Shown here in pieces: positions 53,950 to 61,542 of a DNA stretch of 61,542 nt; within the stretch, counting starts at the first letter, position 1; every line of letters starts with the position of its first letter. The DNA is from Betaproteobacteria bacterium. GTDB taxonomy: Bacteria; Pseudomonadota; Gammaproteobacteria; Burkholderiales; Usitatibacteraceae. A program made the position numbers and the translations under genes. The stretch is from contig JAYVKG010000028.1 in NCBI GenBank assembly GCA_043768625.1, positions 1 through 61,542 on the forward strand, given 5' to 3'. The notes beneath the pieces are model-generated. The model was not told where the DNA came from. It ran no database searches and saw only the letters and a list, made by a program, of their open reading frames with translations.

Positions 53950-56120
53950 TCCGCGCCATTCTGCTCGCCTGTGTGGTGCTTGGCGTGGCCCTGATTGGCC
54001 TGTTGTTTCGCGCCAGTAGCAACAATACCTTCTTCAACACCCATTATCCGTGGCTACTCGGTGTTGGTGTCGCGCTCATCGTCGGCCTGTTGGCGCTTAT
54101 TGCCTACCAAATTTTTTCCTTGTGGCGCAAATTAAACGGTCGTGTTTTTGGCGCAAAGTTGGCGCTGCGATTGATGGCCGTGTTCGTGCTGATGGCGGTA
54201 ATTCCGGGCGGGCTGGTTTATGCAATTTCCGTACAGTTCCTGAATCGATCCATCGACTCATGGTTCGATGTACCTGTGGACAAAGCCTTTGAGGGTGCGC
54301 TCAACCTGGGCAAAAGCGCTATCGACGCCGCCCTCAGCGAACTGGTTCGCAGCGGCGTTGCTGCCGCGTCCCAGATCGACGATAACGGAAATGAAACCAG
54401 TAAGGCATTGCGTGAATTGCAAACGAAGTTCGCTTTCGATGACGTATCACTGTTCGCAGCGGATGGCCAGCTAATCGCGTATGGCGGCAGCAAAACCAGA
54501 TTGTTTGCCGACAAGCCTACAAGGGAGGAAATAACCGCAAGCCTGCAGTCAGCCCCCATCCGAATGGCTGAATCGCAGACTGATCGATCATTGTATTTTC
54601 GGATTGTGGTGCCCGTTTTGGCTGCCAAACCGCTTGGATCGCGGCGGGTATTGCAGATTGTGCAAGCAGCCCCCAAAAATCTTGCCGCAGACGCCTCAAG
54701 CGTGGAGGCGGGCATTCGGGATTATCAGCAGCTTGGTCTCCAGCGAATCGGCTTGAAGCAGCTGTTTGCACTTACCTTAACGCTGGCCATGTTGCTCACC
54801 TTGTTTTCCGCAATATCACTTGCTTTCCTGCTTTCCGAGCGCCTCGCGGCCCCATTGTCCGCGCTGGCCGAGTCTACCCGCGCGATAGCGAAAGGAGATT
54901 TTACGAAATTGAATCCGGTGAAAAGCCGCGATGAATTCGGTGTGCTGACGCAGGCATTTAACACCATGACACGCCAGCTTGCCGGCGCGTCGGAAATCGT
55001 CGGTCGAAAGCAACAGGAGTTGGAACATGCCAATGCCTACCTCGAATCCATTCTGGGCAATCTCACCTCAGGTGTAATCGCGTTGGATGAACGGCTTTAC
55101 GTAAAAACGATGAATAAAAACGCCGAAGACATGCTTGGTATTGCCCACAATGGTTTAAAAGGCATCAAATTGTCGGACTGGGGCAATCAGCTCCCTGCAC
55201 TAGCCCCTTTCATTGATGATTTTATGATTCAGCTTGCCTCGCTGCGCGACAAGCCCTGGGAACGTCAATTGGATTACGCGGGCAACGAAGGAGCGGACGG
55301 CAAGGCCGGGACTGTCGGACGCAAAACACTACTGGTACGCGGAACTAAACTTCCCGCCGCACTCGAGTCAGGCTTTATATTGGTGTTCGATGACATCACC
55401 GGCTTGATTCAGGCTCAGCGTAATGCCGCGTGGGGGGAAGTGGCGCGGCGCCTCGCGCATGAGATCAAAAATCCGTTAACCCCGATTCAGTTGTCGGCCG
55501 AACGCCTGCAGCACAAGCTGGCAGGCAAATTGCCTGGACCAGAGCAGGAAATTCTTCTGCGGGCGACAAATACCATCGTGGCACAGGTTGGCGCACTAAA
55601 AGGCATGGTGGATGATTTTAGTTTGTATTCTCGCAGCTCACGCCTGACGCCGACGGCGATTTCCATCAATGACCTGGTTGTCGAGGTGATGGTTCTGTAT
55701 GAATCCATGAATGTCGCAATCGAATTGAACCTTGGCGACAACATTCCAACAATCATTGCTGACGGGGCGCTGCTGCGGCAGGTCATCCACAATCTTGCGC
55801 AGAACGCGCTGGACGCATTAAGTAACATGCCCGCACCTAAGATCGTGATGGAAACCAGTTTGCTCGGAGACCACGTCCGTTTCAGTGTGCAGGACAATGG
55901 CACGGGCGTGCGCGAAGATGTACTGGGGCGAATTTTTGAGCCCTATATCACCACCAAACCGAAGGGCACCGGCCTTGGCATGGCGATTGCAAAAAAAATA
56001 ATCGAGGAACACCGCGGCAGTGTGACCGTGGTCAACGTCAAGCCGCACGGTGCCCTGGTAGAAATTCTGTTGCCACTATCACTGCAGACAGCACCCATAA
56101 ATGTTCAGTTAACCGTATGA
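53946..56120 (+). CDS. ntrY: NtrY-like sensor histidine kinase
   Basis: N-terminal TM segments, HAMP, PAS, H-box HEIKNPLTPIQLSAERL and HATPase (DNGTGV.., GTGLGMAIA). Confidence 0.85.
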   Translation: MIRAILLACVVLGVALIGLLFRASSNNTFFNTHYPWLLGVGVALIVGLLALIAYQIFSLWRKLNGRVFGAKLALRLMAVFVLMAVIPGGLVYAISVQFLNRSIDSWFDVPVDKAFEGALNLGKSAIDAALSELVRSGVAAASQIDDNGNETSKALRELQTKFAFDDVSLFAADGQLIAYGGSKTRLFADKPTREEITASLQSAPIRMAESQTDRSLYFRIVVPVLAAKPLGSRRVLQIVQAAPKNLAADASSVEAGIRDYQQLGLQRIGLKQLFALTLTLAMLLTLFSAISLAFLLSERLAAPLSALAESTRAIAKGDFTKLNPVKSRDEFGVLTQAFNTMTRQLAGASEIVGRKQQELEHANAYLESILGNLTSGVIALDERLYVKTMNKNAEDMLGIAHNGLKGIKLSDWGNQLPALAPFIDDFMIQLASLRDKPWERQLDYAGNEGADGKAGTVGRKTLLVRGTKLPAALESGFILVFDDITGLIQAQRNAAWGEVARRLAHEIKNPLTPIQLSAERLQHKLAGKLPGPEQEILLRATNTIVAQVGALKGMVDDFSLYSRSSRLTPTAISINDLVVEVMVLYESMNVAIELNLGDNIPTIIADGALLRQVIHNLAQNALDALSNMPAPKIVMETSLLGDHVRFSVQDNGTGVREDVLGRIFEPYITTKPKGTGLGMAIAKKIIEEHRGSVTVVNVKPHGALVEILLPLSLQTAPINVQLTV

Positions 56121-56139
56121 TCCACGCAGAGTAAAAAAT

Positions 56140-57429
56140 ATGACAACGAACAACAACATTCTGGTCGTCGACGATGAAATCGGCATTCGCGAACTTCTTT
56201 CGGAAATTCTGAAGGACGAAGGTTACAACGTGAGGGTGGCCGAAAATGCCGCGACGGCTCGCATTGCTCGTAGAGAGCAACGCCCGGATCTGGTGTTGCT
56301 CGACATCTGGATGCCAGACACGGACGGCATCTCGTTGCTAAAGGAGTGGGCCGTTTCTGGCCAGCTAACGATGCCGGTCGTGATGATGTCGGGGCACGGC
56401 ACCATCGAGTCTGCCATCGAAGCCACTCGCATTGGCGCGTTTGATTTTCTTGAAAAACCCATCAGTCTGCCGAAACTTATCGCCACCGTTGGCAAGGCTT
56501 TGGCAGGCGGAAAAATGCTGCCCAAGCCAGGTCTCACCTTTGCCCATCTCGGCCGTGCGAAGGTGGTGACCGAGCTGCGCCAACGACTCGAACAGGTAAG
56601 CCGGCTGAAAGTACCTTTATTGCTGACAGGCGAAGCCGGCTGCGGATTCGAGCTGATTGCACGCATGGTGCACCAACGCAATACCGCATGGCTTGCCCCT
56701 GCCGACCATGGCTGGCTCGCCCAAAACCCGTTTGCGCCGTTGGCCGACGCGCGCGATGGCGTGCTGTTTGTCGATCAGATCGAAGCGCTAAACAAGAATG
56801 AACAAAAGGGCTTGGGTCAACTGCTCGCCAAACTTGAAAAATTCAACGTCCGCCTCATCGCGTCGACGGCTCAACCAATGCTGCCACTCATTGAGAGCGG
56901 CGAATTTGATTCTGCGTTGCTCACGCAGTTGTCGGGAGTGACGCTGCGGGTACCGAGCTTGCGGGAGCACCCGGAAGATATTCCCGACCTGGCCAATACG
57001 ATTTTGCTGCAAATGGTGGAAGCCAACGAATGTCCGCTTAGACATTTCAGCGTGGCGGCACTAAATGCGCTCAGAAACCTTGAGTGGCCCGGCAATTTGC
57101 CGGTGCTGCAAAATGCGGTTAAAACGCTGGCACTCACCAGTTTGTCAGGCGAAATTTCGAGCGAGGACGTGGTGCGGGTGGCTCGCGAAATCGGACTCGA
57201 TCACGTCGGTGCGGCGGGTGCTCAAAGCCGCATCCCTTTCGACCTGCCACTGCGTGAAGCCCGCGAGCGATTTGAGTTCCAGTATTTTCTGCATCATATT
57301 CGCCGCGAGGACGGCAATATGTCGCGCGTTGCCGATAAAGTGGGATTGGAGAGGACGCATCTTTATCGAAAGCTTAAACAACTCGGTATTCGGCCATCCG
57401 GAAAGACTGAGGACACCACGCAAGGGTAG
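56140..57429 (+). CDS. ntrX: NtrX-like response regulator with degenerate AAA+ domain
   Basis: Receiver (ILVVDDE.., LLDIWMPDTDG) and C-terminal Fis-type HTH. The central domain has GEAGCGFE in place of the Walker A GESGTGKE, has no GAFTGA, and has VDQIE in place of LDEI. Confidence 0.85.
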   Translation: MTTNNNILVVDDEIGIRELLSEILKDEGYNVRVAENAATARIARREQRPDLVLLDIWMPDTDGISLLKEWAVSGQLTMPVVMMSGHGTIESAIEATRIGAFDFLEKPISLPKLIATVGKALAGGKMLPKPGLTFAHLGRAKVVTELRQRLEQVSRLKVPLLLTGEAGCGFELIARMVHQRNTAWLAPADHGWLAQNPFAPLADARDGVLFVDQIEALNKNEQKGLGQLLAKLEKFNVRLIASTAQPMLPLIESGEFDSALLTQLSGVTLRVPSLREHPEDIPDLANTILLQMVEANECPLRHFSVAALNALRNLEWPGNLPVLQNAVKTLALTSLSGEISSEDVVRVAREIGLDHVGAAGAQSRIPFDLPLREARERFEFQYFLHHIRREDGNMSRVADKVGLERTHLYRKLKQLGIRPSGKTEDTTQG

Positions 57430-57431
57430 AC

Positions 57432-58403
57432 TTATTCCAGACGCCCCAATCGAACCGCTGTCAACCCGGGCTTTACATGAATCAGCGTTGGCATGATGAG
57501 CACGCAGTTATCGTAAGGCGCGGGCACCGGTTTGCCGTCATCATGCGCAATCACGTCACCGCGCTTAGGCATAACCGAAAGCCCGCGCAGTCCATCCGCA
57601 AATCTGAAATCCTTGCCGCTTGCCACCACGGCATCGGTGACTCGAACAAGCTTTTGCGGAGCCGCAGGGGCACTGTCGATTTGAGATTCGGCGAGCGCGG
57701 GATCGACTGTTGCAAGTGCCCGCAGAAAACGCCACACCGTTTGCCACGCCAGTTCTGCACTCGCTTGCTCCCAATGCTGGCCGCACTCCACTAGCAGGGC
57801 CGCGTGGTGCGTCGACGGATCGCCGAACCCACCGTAATCACGCATCCGCGTGCCGTTGGCATGACCCGCATCGGCAACGATGAATTCAGGCACACCCACA
57901 AATTTTGCCAGTGCGATGCCTTTGTCCAGCGGACCCGAAATCATGACCGGCCCATGCGGATCGTGCATGGAATGAATATCGAGCAGGAAATCGAGCTGGT
58001 CGACGATAGGCCGCATCGCCCGCGCGCGCGCAAGTTCGACCGACTGGCGCGGACCATCGAGCGTCGTCGATGTCCATACACGATTGAAGTCCTCATCGAT
58101 AAAGCGGGAGGCATGCGGCAGTGCAGGATCGAAGGTAAGAAAAGCCGCAACATTGGCGAATGCGAGCGACAATTTGCCGCGGATCGGTCGCAGGTTCATT
58201 TTGAAAATGCGGTCTAACGCAATGGCGCCGCACAATTCGTTGCCGTGGGTGACCGCGTTCACCATTACATGGGGCCCAGGCTTACCACTATCAAAAGTGG
58301 TGACATAATCGATGTCGCCACTGCCCCGCCGATAGGCAGAGATATCGGGTGGCGTAAGTTCCACCGTGTACGGTGATGCGCCGGATTTAATGTTCCTGGT
58401 CAT
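57432..58403 (-). CDS. Succinylglutamate desuccinylase/aspartoacylase (AstE/AspA, M14-like) family deacylase
   Basis: Start re-called at the ATG at 58403 (GGAG 6 nt upstream). HGNELCG zinc-site motif and downstream H/E residues typical of the family. Confidence 0.82.
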   Translation of the reverse strand: MTRNIKSGASPYTVELTPPDISAYRRGSGDIDYVTTFDSGKPGPHVMVNAVTHGNELCGAIALDRIFKMNLRPIRGKLSLAFANVAAFLTFDPALPHASRFIDEDFNRVWTSTTLDGPRQSVELARARAMRPIVDQLDFLLDIHSMHDPHGPVMISGPLDKGIALAKFVGVPEFIVADAGHANGTRMRDYGGFGDPSTHHAALLVECGQHWEQASAELAWQTVWRFLRALATVDPALAESQIDSAPAAPQKLVRVTDAVVASGKDFRFADGLRGLSVMPKRGDVIAHDDGKPVPAPYDNCVLIMPTLIHVKPGLTAVRLGRLE

Positions 58404-59343
58404 GTTTATCTCCGTGTGCGTGTGGGTGTTCATGACGGTCGTGGCCACAATCGTGATGATGTCCACCTGCGGGAATATGCTTGCGTGCGTAGTTTGAAAT
58501 TGCCGCAATCAGTTTTGTGATGTCGCCCTGCAATTTCGCGAAATTGGCGTTGGCTTCTCGGCTGACTTCATCCATGTACCACTTGCGGTTTACTTCAATC
58601 TGCAGTGAGTGTTTGTTTGCCGTCGGGTCCGAATAGGCGCGCACCAGTTCCACCCCTTTGTACGGATCATTGATCTTGACTTCATAGCCCATACCGCGCA
58701 GGGTGAGCGCTACAAAGGCGGTAAATACTGGCGCGCAGGTGGTGCCATCGCGGTCGCCGAGAACAAAGTCGGCGCGCGGCTGGCCGGGTCCTTCCTCCGA
58801 AATAACCGACGAGGTCGCTGGCATCGAGTGGCAGTTTATGTGCCACACCGCGCCATAGTGCCTGTGTGCCGAGTTGATCGCATCACGCACCGCCTTATGG
58901 TAGGGCGCGTAACAATTTGAGATGCGTGCCTGTACTTCCGCAATACTGAGCCTGCGTTGATAAATTGCTTCTCCCGTATCAAGTTTTCGCCATACCAAGC
59001 CGATGCCTTTTTCGGTTTTTCTGCTGGGGTTAATTGGGCCCGGCCAGGGGCCGTCCAGCAGCGCGGCGTCAATGTCCAGCAACGAACGGTTCGCGTCAAT
59101 ATAGCTGCGCGGAAAATTCGCGGCGATTAACGTTGCGCCGTATTCGGGTGCCGATGCGTATAGCGCGTCGACGTGCGTGTCTTCCGCGCGGCGCAGCGCG
59201 GAAAGTGGCACGATGGTATCGAAATCCGCAGAATAAACCGTGCCGCTATGCGGCGAATCGAAGACCACCGGAACATTGTGGTCATGTCCGGTACGGGAGG
59301 CGGTGATGGTGACGGCGTGGTCAGGAAATTTTGGCAAAGACAT
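58387..59343 (-). CDS. N-formylglutamate amidohydrolase (FGase) family protein with His-rich tail
   Basis: VVFDSPHSG.., ..VWHINCHSMP.. motifs of the FGase family. The C-terminus is PAGGHHHDCGHDRHEHPHAHGDKHDQEH. 17-nt overlap with the next gene. Confidence 0.82.
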   Translation of the reverse strand: MSLPKFPDHAVTITASRTGHDHNVPVVFDSPHSGTVYSADFDTIVPLSALRRAEDTHVDALYASAPEYGATLIAANFPRSYIDANRSLLDIDAALLDGPWPGPINPSRKTEKGIGLVWRKLDTGEAIYQRRLSIAEVQARISNCYAPYHKAVRDAINSAHRHYGAVWHINCHSMPATSSVISEEGPGQPRADFVLGDRDGTTCAPVFTAFVALTLRGMGYEVKINDPYKGVELVRAYSDPTANKHSLQIEVNRKWYMDEVSREANANFAKLQGDITKLIAAISNYARKHIPAGGHHHDCGHDRHEHPHAHGDKHDQEH

Positions 59344-59388
59344 AGGTTTAACTTTCAGGTGACGATGTTACGAGCTTCCTGCGCGTTT

Positions 59389-60393
59389 TCATTGATTCAA
59401 GTGGCATGCCGAATAACGATTCACGGCGATTTCTCTGAGCATCGGCTGCTCGATCTTGCATCTATTATCCGCAACCGATGCGGCGTGCGGGCAGCGCGGA
59501 TGAAAATGACAACCCGGTGGTGGATTCAGCGGCGAGGCAATTTCGCCTTTGATGGCAACAAAATCTTTCTTGCGGGTGGTCAGCGACGGTACCTCGGCCA
59601 GCAAACCCTGCGTATAGGGGTGATTGGGGCTCGCAAACAGGTCATCAGTTGGTGCCGTTTCCACCACGCGGCCCAGATACATGATCACCACGCGATCAGA
59701 CAAATGTCGCACCACGCCAAGGTCGTGGCTAATGAAAAGATAGGTAAGGTGCAATTGTTCGCGCAGCTGGATAAAAAGATTTAACACTTGCGCCTGAATG
59801 GAAACATCCAGCGCTGCAACCGCTTCATCGCAAACCAGAAAATTTGGCTTTACCGCAAGCGCCCGGGCGATGCCGATGCGCGCGCGTTGGCCGCCGGAAA
59901 ATTGATGCGGAAAGCGCCGCGACAGCGTCGGCTCAAGCCCTACGCGCTGCATCAACTCGGCCACGTACGCCGCCTTGTCGTGCGCCGAAATAATGCCGTG
60001 AACCACTGGCGCTTCACCAATGATGTCTTGCACACGATAGCGTGGATTCAATGAGGCATATGGATCCTGGAAAATCATCTGCGCTTCAAGTTGCATGGCG
60101 CGCTTTTCGATTGCCGTCATGGTGGCGACATTTTTGCTGCGCCAAAATTTTTCCCCTTCGCTCTGTTGATGCAGGCCCACGACTACACGTCCCAGCGTGG
60201 ATTTGCCGCAACCGGACTCACCAACCAGTCCAACCACTTCGCCGATGCTTATTTTCAAATCAACGTGGTCGACGGCGTGCACCGTTTCTTCGCCGAGTTT
60301 CGCTCCAAGCAGCTTGGCAAAGCGCCCCGCTCCATCGAGTTTTTTCTCGAAGCGCTTGGAAATATTTTTGAGCTCCAGCAGGGTTTTGCTCAT
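59389..60393 (-). CDS. dppF: Dipeptide/oligopeptide ABC transporter ATP-binding protein (DppF/OppF-like)
   Basis: Start re-called at the ATG at 60393 (MSKTLLELKNISKRF). Walker A GESGCGKST, signature FSGGQRARI, Walker B LVCDEAVAALD, and oligopeptide C-terminal domain (..PPPGCHFHPRCPHA). Confidence 0.9.
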   Translation of the reverse strand: MSKTLLELKNISKRFEKKLDGAGRFAKLLGAKLGEETVHAVDHVDLKISIGEVVGLVGESGCGKSTLGRVVVGLHQQSEGEKFWRSKNVATMTAIEKRAMQLEAQMIFQDPYASLNPRYRVQDIIGEAPVVHGIISAHDKAAYVAELMQRVGLEPTLSRRFPHQFSGGQRARIGIARALAVKPNFLVCDEAVAALDVSIQAQVLNLFIQLREQLHLTYLFISHDLGVVRHLSDRVVIMYLGRVVETAPTDDLFASPNHPYTQGLLAEVPSLTTRKKDFVAIKGEIASPLNPPPGCHFHPRCPHAASVADNRCKIEQPMLREIAVNRYSACHLNQ

Positions 60394-60401
60394 GCCATGA
60401 C

Positions 60402-61382
60402 TCAGATTGCCGATTCCACGTGTGGGTGAAAGCATCGCACCGTGCGCGATTCTCCAGCCTCAAGTCTATCCAATGCCGGCGAACGTTCACACTCACTTGT
60501 GCGGCGCATACAACGCTCGCGGAAGGCGCATCCTGTACCGATTTTAAGCAAGGACGGTGTCATGCCTGCAATCTGTTTCAGCGGCTGACCTTTCACGTTG
60601 CGGCTCGGAACTGAATCCAGCAAACCCTTGGTGTACGGGTGCCGCGGACGATCCAGCAATTCGTCCGTCGTTCCCTGCTCCACGATTTTGCCGGCATACA
60701 TCACAGCGACGCGATCCGCTAATCCGGCAACCACGGAAAGATCGTGGGTGATCCACAGCAGCGCGGTGCCGGCGTCGCGACAAAGCGTTTGCATCTCATA
60801 CAGGATTTGTCCTTGAATGGTCACGTCGAGCGCCGTGGTCGGCTCATCGCAAATAATGAGATCGGGCTGGTTCAGCAGCGCAATCGCAATAGCGACCCGC
60901 TGGCGCATGCCGCCGGAAAATTGGTGGGGATAACCGAGCAGTCGCTCGTCAGGCGAGGGAATGCCGACTTTCGCAAGTGCGTTACGACAACGTTCGCGCG
61001 CAGAATCCCGTGAAATTTTTTGGTGCGCGGTGATGGCCTCGATCATTTGCGTATCAATGCGCAACACCGGGTTTAACGTCATCATCGGGTCCTGAAAAAT
61101 CATCGCTACTCGATTGCCACGCAGTGACCGCCATTGCTCATTACTGTAATTCGTCACGTCCCGGCCATTCAATCTGATGCGGCCTTCTACAACGCGTCCT
61201 GGCGGATCGATTAAACCCATGATCGAGTAACCGGTCATGGATTTGCCTGAACCGGATTCACCGACCAGCCCGAGGATTTGGCCCTTGCCGATCGAAAAAG
61301 AAACATCGTCGACTGCCTTTACCACACCGGCCTTGGTGAAGAATTGCGTGCGCAATTTGTCGACTTGCAGAATGGTGTTCAT
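60402..61382 (-). CDS. dppD: Dipeptide/oligopeptide ABC transporter ATP-binding protein (DppD/OppD-like)
   Basis: Walker A GESGSGKS, signature FSGGMRQRV, Walker [12 protein letters not shown] and C-terminal Cys motif (GCAFRERC). Confidence 0.9.
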   Translation of the reverse strand: MNTILQVDKLRTQFFTKAGVVKAVDDVSFSIGKGQILGLVGESGSGKSMTGYSIMGLIDPPGRVVEGRIRLNGRDVTNYSNEQWRSLRGNRVAMIFQDPMMTLNPVLRIDTQMIEAITAHQKISRDSARERCRNALAKVGIPSPDERLLGYPHQFSGGMRQRVAIAIALLNQPDLIICDEPTTALDVTIQGQILYEMQTLCRDAGTALLWITHDLSVVAGLADRVAVMYAGKIVEQGTTDELLDRPRHPYTKGLLDSVPSRNVKGQPLKQIAGMTPSLLKIGTGCAFRERCMRRTSECERSPALDRLEAGESRTVRCFHPHVESAI

Positions 61383-61400
61383 TAGTGGTTAAACGAGGCC

Positions 61401-61442
61401 AAATAAGAAAAACACAATGACTGGAGCGCGTTTCCAGTCATT
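61401..61442 (-). terminator. Rho-independent terminator downstream of the IS30-type transposase gene
   Basis: The minus strand reads aatgactgg-aaacgcgct-ccagtcatt followed by gtgtttttctt. Confidence 0.6.
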
Positions 61443-61451
61443 ATCGCGGAT

Positions 61452-61542
61452 TCAAGTACGAGCCCCTACAGTCGGTAGGCGATTAAACATGACTTCGTAT
61501 GGCGTTAAGTACCCCAGTGATTTGCGCGGTCGATGATTGAGT
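61452..61542 (-). mobile_element. 3' end of an IS30-family transposase gene (truncated by the window edge)
   Basis: The minus-strand frame reads LNHRPRKSLGYLTPYEVMFNRLPTVGART*. L-N-x-R-P-R-K-x-L-G-x-x-T-P-x-E-V is the characteristic C-terminal IS30 DDE transposase motif. Confidence 0.6.

Overview
This window looks like chromosomal DNA from a Gram-negative proteobacterium. Gene content and order suggest a betaproteobacterium, but that is an inference only, made without any database search. I could not run HMM, BLAST or folding tools, so every family call rests on motifs read from the translations and on recalled family signatures. Start codons are often my re-calls of the supplied ORF track.

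Most of the window is core housekeeping genes and regulators:
- A disrupted tex 3' end, algZ/algR-like genes divergent from argH, and cyaY-lptM-lysA.
- A Lys/Ala-rich histone H1/AlgP-like gene, then aroE-mtgA.
- glnA, a DUF4124 gene and ntrBC, with readable NtrC sites and sigma54 promoters.
- LysM-dprA-topoisomerase III divergent from def-fmt-rsmB-DUF4390-ntrYX.

Between these blocks lie accessory-looking regions:
- A NitT/TauT-type ABC transporter with an HMG-CoA-lyase-like gene, a family III CoA-transferase and an Nramp transporter.
- copZ-copA and tspO.
- A dense stress-type island at about 24.9-36 kb. It holds an AI-2E transporter, a ferritin-like gene, a yqjD/E/K-like module, DUF1328, two orphan response regulators, a small WEGEGG peptide, clsB, a PHB-depolymerase-like esterase, DUF2177, a PQQ dehydrogenase, DUF3309 and a collagen-like lipoprotein.
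- An exported three-gene module in which a DUF4331-like domain appears split over two separately secreted proteins, next to a TPR lipoprotein.
- A dppDF / N-formylglutamate-amidohydrolase-like / AstE-like operon that abuts the 3' end of an IS30-family transposase at the window edge.

I saw no rRNA gene, convincing tRNA gene, CRISPR array or recognisable defence or toxin-antitoxin gene. The most unusual candidates are the split DUF4331/TPR module, the stress island with its shared TGTCCTACA promoter-like motif, the Cys4-tailed MarR next to cyaY, and the IS-truncated deacylase/ABC operon.
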